Positions 30,594 through 40,868 of a DNA stretch of 64,000 nt are shown piece by piece. A program made the position numbers and the translations under genes. Each line of letters begins with the position of its first letter. Positions within the stretch are counted from its first letter, which is position 1. The DNA is from an uncultured delta proteobacterium (GTDB lineage Bacteria > Myxococcota_A > Polyangia > Palsa-1104). The notes below the pieces were generated by a model, which saw nothing but the letters and a program-made list of their open reading frames with translations, ran no database searches and was not told the DNA's origin. The stretch lies in the NCBI GenBank assembly GCA_963785725.1, contig CAWAWS010000007.1, positions 512,001 to 576,000 of the forward strand, written 5' to 3'.

Positions 30594-31762
30594 GTGACGG
30601 CGTCCAAGAAGCTGAGCCCGCGCGAGCGCGGCTTTAGGCCAAAGCCGTCGGCGAGCGTCTGCGCGATGTCGTAAAAGCCGTTGCGGACGCCGAGATCGTG
30701 ACCGGCGGCGCGCGCGCTCATCGCGAGCAGCGGCACGAACTCGCGCGTGTGATCGGTCCCGCGATAGGTCGGATCGTTGCCGTGATCGGCGGTGATGAGC
30801 ACGAGATCGCGCGGTCCCAACTGCCGCTGCAGCTTCGGCAAGAAGGCGTCGAACTCCTGCAGCGCGCGATAGTAGCCTTCGGGATCGCGGCGATGGCCGT
30901 AGAGCATGTCGAAGTCGACGAGGTTGGTGAACACGAGGCCGCGCTCGATGCGACCGAGCGCCTCGATGGTGCGCGTACAGCCGTCGGCGTTGCCTTCGGT
31001 GTGCACGTTCTCGGTCACGCCTTGGCCGGCGAAGATGTCCCAGATTTTGCCGACGCCGATGACGGGCAAGCTCGCGTCGGCGATGGCGTCGAGCACGGTC
31101 GGCGCCGGCGGCGGCATCGAGAAGTCGCGGCGATTGTAGGTGCGCTTGAACTTGCCCGGCTCGCCCACGAACGGCCGCGCGATCACGCGCGCCACCGGCA
31201 ATTCGTCGCACAATTTACGCGCGATCTCGCTGATGCTCATCAGCTCGGCGACGGGAATGACCTCCTCGTGCGCCGCGATCTGAAACACGCTGTCGGCCGA
31301 CGTATAGATGATCGGCTTGCCCGTCTTCATGTGCTCGGCGCCGAGCTCGTCGAGGATCTCGGTGCCCGAGGCCGTCTTGTTCCCGAGCGTGCCGCGCCCG
31401 ATCTGCTGCTCGAAGCGGCGCATGAAGTCGGCCGGAAAGCCATGCGGATAGGTCGGGAACGCCGTGTCGACCTGCAGGCCGCTCATCTCCCAATGGCCCG
31501 TCGTCGTGTCTTTGCCGGCCGACGCTTCGCGCATCTTGCCGAACGCGCCGCGCGGCGCCGCGACGGGCGGCACGCCCAAGATCGTCGTCAGATGGCCGAG
31601 CCCCAGCCCTTGCAAATGCGGCAAGGTCAAGCCGCCGACGCGCACGCTCATGTTGCCGAGCGTGTTGGCGCCGTCGTCGCCGTAGCTCTTGGCATCGGGC
31701 GCCGCGCCGCAGCCGCACGAGTCGAGGACCATCAAGACGACGCGATCGAAAGTATGACGCAC
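30590..31762 (-). CDS. deoB: Phosphopentomutase
   Basis: VLDS.G.G, GKDTTTGHWE, YTSADSVFQIAAHE, GHRRD, TADHGNDP. Confidence 0.95.
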
Positions 31763-31764
31763 GA

Positions 31765-32703
31765 CTAATACCCCTTGCTCGGCTGCTTGCCGCTCTCGGC
31801 GGCGACCTTCGCGTTCACGATCGCCACCGACGCCGACGCGCCGATGCGATTGGCGCCGGCGGCGCGCATCTTCTCGGCGTCTTCGTGCGTGCGCACGCCG
31901 CCCGACGCCTTGACGCCCATCTCGTCGCCGACGAGCTTGCGCATGAGCGCGATGTCCTCGACCGTCGCGCCGCCCGGCCCGAAGCCCGTCGACGTCTTCA
32001 CGAAATGCGCGCCCGCTATTTTCGACAGCGTAATGCCGATGATCTTCTCTTCTTGGTTGAGCGCGCCCGTCTCCAAGATCACTTTGACCTTCGCCGGCCG
32101 CGCCGCCTGCACGACCTTGCGGATGTCATCCTCGACGAGCCCGTAATCGCGCGACTTCAAGGCGCCGATGTTGATGACCATGTCGATCTCGTGCGCGCCG
32201 GCGCGGACGGCCTCGCGCGCCTCGAACGCCTTGGCCGTCGGCGTCATCGCGCCCAGCGGAAAGCCGACGACGGCGCAGACCATGACGCCCGAGCCGTCCA
32301 AGTAAGCGCTGGCGCGACCGACCTGCGACGAGTTGACGCAGACCGAGGCGAAGCAATATTTGCGCGCTTCGTCGCACAGCTTCTTGACGTCGGCGGCGGT
32401 GGCGTCGGCCTTGAGCAGCGTATGATCGATCATGCGCGCCAAGGCGACGTCGACGTTGCCGGTGTCGACGCCGGCGCCGACGCGGCAGGCGCCCTGGTTG
32501 GCCAGCGCGTGCACGCTCTCGGGCCGGCGCGCCGCGCACATGCCGCAGCCTTCGCAGGCTTCGTGCGAAGGCGCGTCGGTGCACGGCGTATCGCGCAGCT
32601 CGTCGCGCGGAAGCATGCGTAATGATTCCGAACGCGCGCCGCCAGCGAGCCTGGCTTTGACGCGCTCGGTGATGAGCCCTACGAGGCGATCGATGTCGTC
32701 CAT
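31765..32703 (-). CDS. deoC: Deoxyribose-phosphate aldolase with about 85-aa N-terminal extension
   Basis: [48 protein letters not shown]. Confidence 0.95.
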   Translation of the reverse strand: MDDIDRLVGLITERVKARLAGGARSESLRMLPRDELRDTPCTDAPSHEACEGCGMCAARRPESVHALANQGACRVGAGVDTGNVDVALARMIDHTLLKADATAADVKKLCDEARKYCFASVCVNSSQVGRASAYLDGSGVMVCAVVGFPLGAMTPTAKAFEAREAVRAGAHEIDMVINIGALKSRDYGLVEDDIRKVVQAARPAKVKVILETGALNQEEKIIGITLSKIAGAHFVKTSTGFGPGGATVEDIALMRKLVGDEMGVKASGGVRTHEDAEKMRAAGANRIGASASVAIVNAKVAAESGKQPSKGY

Positions 32704-32786
32704 GGTGCGACCCTCATGACTAACTTAACGACGGCTGCAAATCCAGCGTTGAACGAATTTCGTGGCAGAATCCACATAGCTTACGA

Positions 32787-33434
32787 ATGAGCACCGGCAA
32801 GCTGCAGGCGATTATCCACGCGGAAGGCGCGCCGGACCTGGTCCAACGCTGCCAGCGCGGCGACAAGGACGCGCTCGGCGAGCTCTATCGCCAATATCGC
32901 TCCGAAGTCGCGCGCAACCTCCATCGCATGCTCGGCCCCGGCAAGAGCGAGATGGAAGACGTCTTGCAGGAAGTCTTCATCGAGGTCTTCCGCTCGATCG
33001 GCCGTTTTCGCGGCGACGCCAAGATCACGACCTGGCTCTATCGCGTCTGCGTCAACGTCGCCTTGCAGCGGCTGCGGAAGCGCAAACGGCGCGCCGAAGT
33101 GTCGCAAGAAGACGTCGTCGAGGTCGTGCTCGGCGACGGCGGCGAGACGCCGGAGCGCGCGCTCGACGCCCGCCGCCGTCTGCACGCCGTCTATCGCATC
33201 CTCGACGAGCTGTCGCCCAAGAAGCGGATCGTATTCATCCTCCATGAGATCGAAGGTCGTGAGCCCAAAGAGATCGCGGGCATCGTCGGTGCGCCGGTGT
33301 TGACGGTGCGGACGCGCTTGCACTACGCGCGCAAGGAGTTCTACGCGCTGGCGGCGCTCGACGCGCGGCTCGACGGTCAAGTGCAGCTGCCGCAGACAGC
33401 GGATTCCACGCCGACGTCGGAGGACGCGTCGTGA
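32787..33434 (+). CDS. ECF sigma-70 factor
   Basis: EDVLQEVF, TWLYRVCVN, LHEIEG..PKEIAGIVGAPVLTVRTRL. Confidence 0.92.
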   Translation: MSTGKLQAIIHAEGAPDLVQRCQRGDKDALGELYRQYRSEVARNLHRMLGPGKSEMEDVLQEVFIEVFRSIGRFRGDAKITTWLYRVCVNVALQRLRKRKRRAEVSQEDVVEVVLGDGGETPERALDARRRLHAVYRILDELSPKKRIVFILHEIEGREPKEIAGIVGAPVLTVRTRLHYARKEFYALAALDARLDGQVQLPQTADSTPTSEDAS

Positions 33435-34930
33435 GCGCGCAGACGCGACGTTGCGTGCGTCCCGATCGGCTGGCGCAGTCGCCGCGGCGACCGCTCGGCA
33501 GCGACGAGCAGCGCCATGTCGACGGCTGCGCGGCCTGTACGCAGGCGCTCGGCCGCGTGCGTGCGGCGCAGTCGATGCTGCAGCTCGCCGCCGCGAGCTT
33601 GCCGCCCGATCCGTCGGCGGCGGCGCTGGTGCGCGCCGAGGCGAGCATTCGCTGGGCGCGCATCGCGCCCGAGCCGCGAGTGCGTTCGCGCTTCGTTTAC
33701 GGCTTGGCGCTGTCGGCCGTCGGTGCCGCGGCGTTGGCGTTCATGACGCGCGATGTGACGAAAGCGCCGCAGCATGCGCCCATTCGCATCGCGCACAATC
33801 TGCAGGTGCCGCCGCTGACGACGTCGCCGCTGCAGGCGCTGGTGACGCTCATCGGCGGCGACGTCAAGCTGCGGCGCGCGGGCGCGGCCGGTCCGCTCGG
33901 CATCGAGGCCAACCTCGGCGCCGGCGATCATTTGGCGACGTCGGCGAGCGCGCGCGTCGCGGCGCAGTGGTCGGAAGGCTCGGGCTTCCTCTTGTTCGCC
34001 GATTCCGAGCTGGCGTTGACGCGGCTCGAGGCGCGGACGCAGCGGCTGTTCCTCGATCGCGGCAAGATCGCCGTTCGCGTCGGGCCGCACGATCAGGCGG
34101 GTCTGCCGCTGGCCGCGCGCTCGGCGGCGGCGTCGACGGGCGAGTCGCTGCAGGTGATCACGCCCGATCACATCATCAGCGTGCACGGCACCTGGTTCAG
34201 CGTGGCGTCGGCGCAGCATGTCACGACCGTCGAAGTGCTCGAAGGCACCGTCGAGGTCACCGAGCGTGACGGCTCGTCGTCGACGCTGCTGACGGCCCCG
34301 ACGCGCGCCGTCTTCGGCCGCGGCCGCGCGACGACGGCGGCGATGACGACGCACGAAGCGGCGCGCCTGCGCACGGCGTCCGAAATGAACCTCATGGCCT
34401 GGAGCGGCCTGCAAGCGGTGCGCACGGCCTCGGGCGCGCTGCACGTCGACTCGCAGCCGGCGGCGACGCTCGCCGTCGACGGCGTGGAGGAGGGCGCGAC
34501 GCCGCTGACCGTCCGTCGTCCGCTCGGCCGCCACTACATCGAGTTGTCGCGGGCCGACTTCGCGTCGCTGCATCAGTGGGTCGCCATCGGCCCCGAGACG
34601 GGCGAGCTCAAGCTGGCGCTGGTTCATGCGGCTGCGTCGTCGGCGTCGGACAGCGTGCCCGTCGAGATCGAGTCGATGGTGCGCCGCCGCGCCACGCAAA
34701 TTCGCGCCTGTTACGAGCGCCGGCTGAAGCGCGATCCCTCGCTCGCCGGCACCGTCTCCTTGCGCCTGCGCGTCGGCGACGCCGGCCAGGTCTCGCGCGT
34801 CACCGTCGACGAATCGACGCTGCCCGACCCGCTCGTCGCCGAATGCCTACGCCGCGAAGCCGCCGGCTGGAGCTTCAGCGTCGGCCGCAACGCCACCGTC
34901 GTCTACCCCTTCGTCTTCCGCGCCCAATAG
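33431..34930 (+). CDS. Anti-sigma-like protein: zinc-finger-like N-terminus, TM, FecR, PEGA, AgmX/PglI-like C-terminal domain
   Basis: HVDGCAAC, VHGTWFSV, VEVLEGTVEV, VDSQPAATLAVDG...GATPL, IRACYE...VVYPFVF. Confidence 0.75.
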   Translation: MSAQTRRCVRPDRLAQSPRRPLGSDEQRHVDGCAACTQALGRVRAAQSMLQLAAASLPPDPSAAALVRAEASIRWARIAPEPRVRSRFVYGLALSAVGAAALAFMTRDVTKAPQHAPIRIAHNLQVPPLTTSPLQALVTLIGGDVKLRRAGAAGPLGIEANLGAGDHLATSASARVAAQWSEGSGFLLFADSELALTRLEARTQRLFLDRGKIAVRVGPHDQAGLPLAARSAAASTGESLQVITPDHIISVHGTWFSVASAQHVTTVEVLEGTVEVTERDGSSSTLLTAPTRAVFGRGRATTAAMTTHEAARLRTASEMNLMAWSGLQAVRTASGALHVDSQPAATLAVDGVEEGATPLTVRRPLGRHYIELSRADFASLHQWVAIGPETGELKLALVHAAASSASDSVPVEIESMVRRRATQIRACYERRLKRDPSLAGTVSLRLRVGDAGQVSRVTVDESTLPDPLVAECLRREAAGWSFSVGRNATVVYPFVFRAQ

Positions 34931-35111
34931 TCGCCGCCCGAATCTTCGAGGCGCGAACGCGTACCGTCTTCGAACCGAGCTCGCGCTCGACTATGCTGCG
35001 TTCATGGGGCCGCTCGAGCAGCCGTGCAATCGCTGCGAGGCGAGCGAGGCGTGGCTGTTGCGTCCGGTGCAGAAGATGCGTACGCCCAGTGTCGCCTTCC
35101 AGGTCGGCGCG

Positions 35112-36542
35112 TCAGTCGCCCGAGTCGCGCCCTTCGGCCAAATTCTCGAACCGCGTGTACATATTCAAGAACGCCAGCCGCACGTGCCCCGTCGGCCCGT
35201 TACGCTGCTTGCCGATGATGATCTCGGCCACGCCTTTGTCCTCTTCCTTGCACTCGTCTTTCGAATACACCTCATCGCGATAGATGAACGCGATGACGTC
35301 GGCGTCCTGCTCGATGGCGCCCGACTCGCGCAAGTCCGACAGCATCGGCCGCTTGTCCGCGCGCGACTCGAGCGAACGATTGAGCTGCGACAGCGCGATC
35401 ACCGGCACGCGCAGCTCTTTCGCCAGCGCCTTCAAGCCGCGGCTGATCTCGCTGATCTCGCGCTGACGATTGTCATCCTTCGTCGCGCGCCCTTGCACCA
35501 GCTGCAAATAGTCGATGACGATGCAGCCCATCTGCTCGGCGCCGCCGTAAAACATGTTCTGATCCGAGCGCCAGCGTCGCGCTTTGGCGCGAATTTCGAG
35601 CAGCGTCGGCGAGCCCGAGTCGTCGATCAAGATCGGCGCCTCGGCCAACTTGCCGGCGGCCGTGGTGATGCGGATCCAATCCTTCGTCTCCAAGAAGCCG
35701 CCGCGCAGCTTCATCGAGTCGACGCGCGCCTCCGAGCACAACAGACGCTCGCACAGCGATTCCTTCGACATTTCCAGCGAGAACACCAGCGCCGGGAACG
35801 GATGGCGCTCTTTGCCGTCCTCGGTCTTCACCTTCGTCATGGCCGCGTTCAACACCATGTTCATGACGAACGACGTCTTACCCATCGACGGACGCGCCGC
35901 GATGATCACGAGATCGCCCGGCTGCATGCCCGCCGTCATCGTGTCGAGCTTGTGATAGCCCGTCGGCACGCCGGTGACGGCCTGCTTGCGCTCGTAACGC
36001 CGCTCGAGCGCCTTGATCGTCGTATACAAGATCGTCTTGATGGGCTCGAACGACTGCTTCTGCGAGCGCGAGGCGATGGCGAAGATCTCGCGCTCGGCCG
36101 CGTCGATGTACTCGTCGACGTCGCCGTATTCACCGTAGCCGCGCGCCGAAATTTCGCGGCAGGCCTCGACCAGCCGTCGCGCCGTCGCTTTGCCGCGAAT
36201 GATGCGCGCGTGATAGCCGATGTTCTCCGCCGTCACCACCTTCGACATCAGCTCGGTCAAGAAGTCGGCGCCGTTGAACGCGCGCAGCTTCTCGAACGTC
36301 TCGAGCGCGCGCATCTGCTCGGCCACCGTCAGCGAATCGATCGGCTTCGACGCCGCGTCGAGCTCGATCATGGCCTCGTAGATCGCGCGTAAGGCCGGAT
36401 GATAGAAGTCGTCGGCGACGAGAAACTCGGCGACGTCGTTGAACTTGCGCGGATGGACGAGGATGCCGCCGATCACCGACTCTTCGGCCTCCTGGCTGTG
36501 CGGCGGCGTCGGGCGCGAGTCGTGTCCAGCGGTGAACTGCAT
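35112..36542 (-). CDS. dnaB: Replicative DNA helicase
   Basis: AARPSMGKT, FSLEMS, IDYLQL, LSQLNR, LRESGAIEQDAD, KQRNGP. Confidence 0.97.
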   Translation of the reverse strand: MQFTAGHDSRPTPPHSQEAEESVIGGILVHPRKFNDVAEFLVADDFYHPALRAIYEAMIELDAASKPIDSLTVAEQMRALETFEKLRAFNGADFLTELMSKVVTAENIGYHARIIRGKATARRLVEACREISARGYGEYGDVDEYIDAAEREIFAIASRSQKQSFEPIKTILYTTIKALERRYERKQAVTGVPTGYHKLDTMTAGMQPGDLVIIAARPSMGKTSFVMNMVLNAAMTKVKTEDGKERHPFPALVFSLEMSKESLCERLLCSEARVDSMKLRGGFLETKDWIRITTAAGKLAEAPILIDDSGSPTLLEIRAKARRWRSDQNMFYGGAEQMGCIVIDYLQLVQGRATKDDNRQREISEISRGLKALAKELRVPVIALSQLNRSLESRADKRPMLSDLRESGAIEQDADVIAFIYRDEVYSKDECKEEDKGVAEIIIGKQRNGPTGHVRLAFLNMYTRFENLAEGRDSGD

Positions 36543-36552
36543 TGCGCGGCGA

Positions 36553-36568
36553 AGTATAGGCTTATACT
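36553..36568. promoter_or_regulatory. Back-to-back -10 boxes (TATACT on each strand) between divergent dnaB and rhodanese
   Basis: AGTATAggctTATACT; 6 and 10 nt from the two ATGs. Confidence 0.55.
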
Positions 36569-36574
36569 ACTGCG

Positions 36575-36961
36575 ATGAAAATCGTGATCGCCGCGCTGTT
36601 GCTAATGATGTCGCCGCTCGTCGCGCGCGCCGACGAGCCGACGTTCAAGTCCCTCACACCGCAGGAGGTGAACGCGAAGCTGAAGCAGAAGAACTTCTAC
36701 GTCTTCGACAACAACGCTGCCGAAGTCTACAAGGACGCGCATTTGCCGGGCGCGAAGTGGCTCAACCCGATGGACTACGACGCCAAGGCGCTGCCCGCCG
36801 ACAAACACGCCACGCTCGTCTTCTATTGTCACAACGAGCATTGACACGCTTGTCATGAGGGCGCCGGGCGCGCCCTGAAGCTCGGTTACACCAACGTGTT
36901 CGTCATGCCCGCCGGAATCGTCGGCTGGCAAAAAGCCGGCCTTCCCGTCGAGAAGGGCTGA
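36575..36961 (+). CDS. Secreted rhodanese-domain protein, probable selenoprotein (UGA 36842-36844)
   Basis: Same frame continues after TGA: FYCHNEH-U-HACHEGAGRALKLGYTNVFVMPAGIVGWQKAGLPVEKG, completing the rhodanese C-terminus. Confidence 0.8.
36848..36881 (+). promoter_or_regulatory. Putative bacterial SECIS hairpin
   Basis: AGGGCGC-CGGGC-GCGCCCT stem-loop, loop about 20 nt after UGA, extended by GCT/AGC pairing. Confidence 0.6.
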
Positions 36962-36969
36962 CGAAAATA

Positions 36970-37003
36970 AAACGCCGCGGCAGATCGCTCTGCCGCGGCG
37001 TTT
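36970..37003. terminator. Intrinsic terminator between convergent rhodanese and rplI
   Basis: AAACGCCGCGGCAGA-TCGC-TCTGCCGCGGCGTTT with flanking A/T runs. Confidence 0.8.
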
Positions 37004-37025
37004 CGCATTTCACGAGTGCTTAGTC

Positions 37026-37487
37026 TTACGCCTGCTTGGGAACGACGACGACCTTGATCTTGCCGGTGACATTGCTGCCCAGCTTGATCTCGAGCGTGTG
37101 GTACCCGATCGTCTTGATCGGCTCCGCGATGTGAATCTTGCGGTGATCGACGACGACGCCCTTTTCCTTCAGCGCCGCTTCGATGTCGCGCGAGGTGACC
37201 GAGCCGAACAGCTTGTCGCCTTCGCCCGCCTGACGCTCGATCGAGACTTCGATCGACGCGAGCTTGTCGGCGACCGACTGCGCGTCCTTCGCCGCCGCCG
37301 CCGTCTTGGCCGCGATCAGCTTCTTCTGGTGCTCGATTTCCTTGACGTTGCTGGCCGTGGCGACGACCGCCTTGCCCTGCGGGATCAGGAAATTGCGGCC
37401 GAAACCCGGGCGCACTTTCACGAGATCGCCGGCCGAGCCGAGGTTGTGCACGTCCTCTTTGAGAACGACCTGAATCATAGTGGGCAT
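37026..37487 (-). CDS. rplI: 50S ribosomal protein L9
   Basis: LGSAGDLVKVRPGFGRNFLIP, KLFGSVT. Confidence 0.96.
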   Translation of the reverse strand: MPTMIQVVLKEDVHNLGSAGDLVKVRPGFGRNFLIPQGKAVVATASNVKEIEHQKKLIAAKTAAAAKDAQSVADKLASIEVSIERQAGEGDKLFGSVTSRDIEAALKEKGVVVDHRKIHIAEPIKTIGYHTLEIKLGSNVTGKIKVVVVPKQA

Positions 37488-37490
37488 GGT

Positions 37491-37799
37491 TTACTTCCCC
37501 GTCACGGTGAACGGCATCAACGCGATCATGCGAGCGCGCTTGATGGCCGTGCCGACTTTGCGCTGATGGGTCGCGCAGTTGCCGCTGATACGACGCGGAA
37601 TGATCTTGCCGCGATCGGTGATGAAGTACTTCAGCGTCTGCGGATCCTTGTAGTCGATGGCGACGTTCTTGTCGGCGCAGAAGCGGCACACCTTGCGGCG
37701 CGCGAAGCCACGCTTGCGCGCGTCTTTGCCCTTCTTGTCCTTGTCGCCGCGACCACCACGACCGCCGCGCCCCTCGCTCGAATCAGTCTCGGGCATCAT
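37491..37799 (-). CDS. rpsR: 30S ribosomal protein S18 (Zn-binding type)
   Basis: [25 protein letters not shown]. Confidence 0.96.
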   Translation of the reverse strand: MMPETDSSEGRGGRGGRGDKDKKGKDARKRGFARRKVCRFCADKNVAIDYKDPQTLKYFITDRGKIIPRRISGNCATHQRKVGTAIKRARMIALMPFTVTGK

Positions 37800-37802
37800 G
37801 GC

Positions 37803-38315
37803 TTATTCTTTCCCCTTGATCGGCAGGTCATTGTCCAGCGACGGCAGGAAGTCGTCGTCCAGATCCGGGATGTCGTCCTCGTCGAAGCGCGGCAGCTGCG
37901 CCGCGCCGGTCGCCAGCTCTTCCTCGTCGGGCACCGTCGACGCGGCCTTGTTGAACGTCTCGTCGTCGATCGCCGCCGGCTTGGCGTTCGGATCGACGTT
38001 CTCGTCAACCTTGACCGTGTAGTAACGGATGACCGAGTCGAGCATGCGCAGGTTGCGCTCGATCTCCTCGACCACGCCCGTCGAGCCCAGGTACTGCCAG
38101 TAAAGGTAGATACCCTTGAGCTGCTTCTTGACTTCGTAGGCGAGCTTGCGCTTGCCCCAGTTGTCCAGCTTGATGACGCGGCCACCGAGCTGCTCGATCA
38201 CGCCTTTGACGCGCGTGTTGACCAGCGTGATGCCGTCCTGGTTCGTGTCCGGACGCAGGATGAAGATCGTCTCGAACTCTCGCTGCGTTCCCGGCTCGTC
38301 TCTCATCGATAACAT
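37803..38315 (-). CDS. rpsF: 30S ribosomal protein S6 with acidic tail
   Basis: REFETIFILRP, WGKRKLAYEVKK. Confidence 0.95.
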   Translation of the reverse strand: MLSMRDEPGTQREFETIFILRPDTNQDGITLVNTRVKGVIEQLGGRVIKLDNWGKRKLAYEVKKQLKGIYLYWQYLGSTGVVEEIERNLRMLDSVIRYYTVKVDENVDPNAKPAAIDDETFNKAASTVPDEEELATGAAQLPRFDEDDIPDLDDDFLPSLDNDLPIKGKE

Positions 38316-38370
38316 GCTTCGTTCTCCCTCTTGGGTTTGCCCCCGAACGACAATCGTCGGGAACGAGGTG

Positions 38371-38928
38371 CTACTTTTTGTCGGTATTCACTGCGTTCAT
38401 CGCCGCGGTCGCGCCCTTGTTCATGATCAGCTCGACCGCATCTGCCGCTCCACCGACGAGGAACGGCAGCTCCGCTTGCTCCGACTTCGAAAATCCACCG
38501 AGCACGTGCCCGGTCACTCGCTCTTTTCCACCGACCGGCTTGCCCACTCCGCAACGAACTCGGATGAAGGTGTCGCCGCCGTTGGCAATGATCGATCGCA
38601 GCCCGTTATGCCCGCCGTGTCCGCCCGCTACTTTGACGCGCAGCTTGCCGAAGTCGAGGTCGAGCTCGTCATGCACCACGATCGTGCGCGGCGGCTCAAT
38701 CTTGTAGAACTGCTGGGCCCGCTGCACGGCCTGACCCGACACGTTCATGTACTCCTGCGGCTTCAACACGACCAGCCCTTCTTGCTGCGTAACCTCCGCT
38801 CCGAACTTGTCGCGCCAACCCGGCAGCTTCCACCGCCGGGCCAGCTCGTCGACGACCATGAAACCGATGTTGTGCCGCGTGTGCTCGTACTCGCGTCCCG
38901 GATTGCCTAAACCGACGATCAAGAACAC
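38371..38928 (-). CDS. pth: Peptidyl-tRNA hydrolase
   Basis: LIVGLGNPG, TRHNIGF, KPQEYMNVSG, HDELDL, GGHNGLRS. Confidence 0.96.
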   Translation of the reverse strand: MFLIVGLGNPGREYEHTRHNIGFMVVDELARRWKLPGWRDKFGAEVTQQEGLVVLKPQEYMNVSGQAVQRAQQFYKIEPPRTIVVHDELDLDFGKLRVKVAGGHGGHNGLRSIIANGGDTFIRVRCGVGKPVGGKERVTGHVLGGFSKSEQAELPFLVGGAADAVELIMNKGATAAMNAVNTDKK

Positions 38929-38961
38929 GAGCCGAGCACCTTGGGCAGCAACAACCGAAAA

Positions 38962-39686
38962 TTACTTCTTGGCGTCCTTGGCCGGAGCCGCCGCCTTCTT
39001 GTCGCCGCCGGCTGCCGCCTTGTCGCCTTCTTTGCCAGCCGCCGCCGGAGCCGCCGCAGCGCCTTCCGCCGGAGCCGCCTTCCGCGCCCGCCGCCGGAGT
39101 GACTTCCTTCTCGGCCTTCGGAGCGGTGACGGCGCAGATCGTCGAGCCGCCGTCGGCCAACGCGCGCACGCCTTCGCCGAGCTTGAGATCGCTGACGTGG
39201 AGCGCCTCGTTCATGCCCAGCGCCGTGACGTCGACCTCGAGCTTGGTCGGGATCTTGTCCGGCGTGCAGGCGATCGCGAGCGTACGAATGACCTGGTGCA
39301 TGATGCCGCCGAGCTTGACGCCCTCGGACTTGCCGATGAGAACGACCGGCACCGTCGCATGGACCGGCTTGTTCAGGTCGACGCGGATGAAGTCGGCGTG
39401 CGTGACGTTGCCGCGGATCGCGTCCTTCTGATACTCGCGCACCATGACCGTCAGCTCGCTCGACGCGCCCGTCGGGGCGCCGGCGACCGTCAACGTCAAT
39501 ACGGTGTTGGTCTTCTTGACCGGATCGAGCGACTTCAAGAGCAGCAGCGGATCGAGCGACAACGGCATGGGCTCGCCGCCGCCGCCGTAGACAGATCGCC
39601 GGGATCTTGCCAGCCGTGCGCAGACGGCGCACGACCGTTTTGCCCGTATCACCGCGATATTCGACGTTCAGCTTTCCGACTTCCAT
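38962..39686 (-). CDS. rplY: 50S ribosomal protein L25/Ctc; frameshifts near 39595 and 39083
   Basis: RRLRTAGKIPA..YG, HADFIRV, GVKLGGI, HVSDL; between prs and pth. Confidence 0.9.
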
Positions 39687-39699
39687 ATGACTGATCCTT

Positions 39700-40648
<949 letters not shown>

Positions 40649-40673
40649 GCTTCGTCGTCCCTTGTTTCTCTCG

Positions 40674-40745
40674 TTGGGGCGGTAGGATTCGAACCTACGA
40701 ATGCGGGGACCAAAACCCCGTGACTTACCGCTTGTCGACGCCCCA
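40674..40745 (-). tRNA. tRNA-Gln(UUG), CCA not encoded
   Basis: TGGGGCG/CGCCCCA acceptor stem, CGGGG-ttTTGgt-CCCCG anticodon arm, GGTTCGAATCC T-arm; usual position upstream of prs. Confidence 0.95.
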
Positions 40746-40868
40746 GGGAAATTCCCGGATTGCCTTTAAAAAACCCCAAAAACCTAAAGAGAGCGGACGA
40801 TCTAGCAGACGGATGGGCCGTTTGTCAAGGCGCGGGACCATTGCGTGAAATGCGTGTATGCTAGAGGG

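Noticed and set aside
40674..40845. Integrative element at tRNA-Gln
   Set aside because: No integrase and no duplicated tRNA 3' end; prs follows directly
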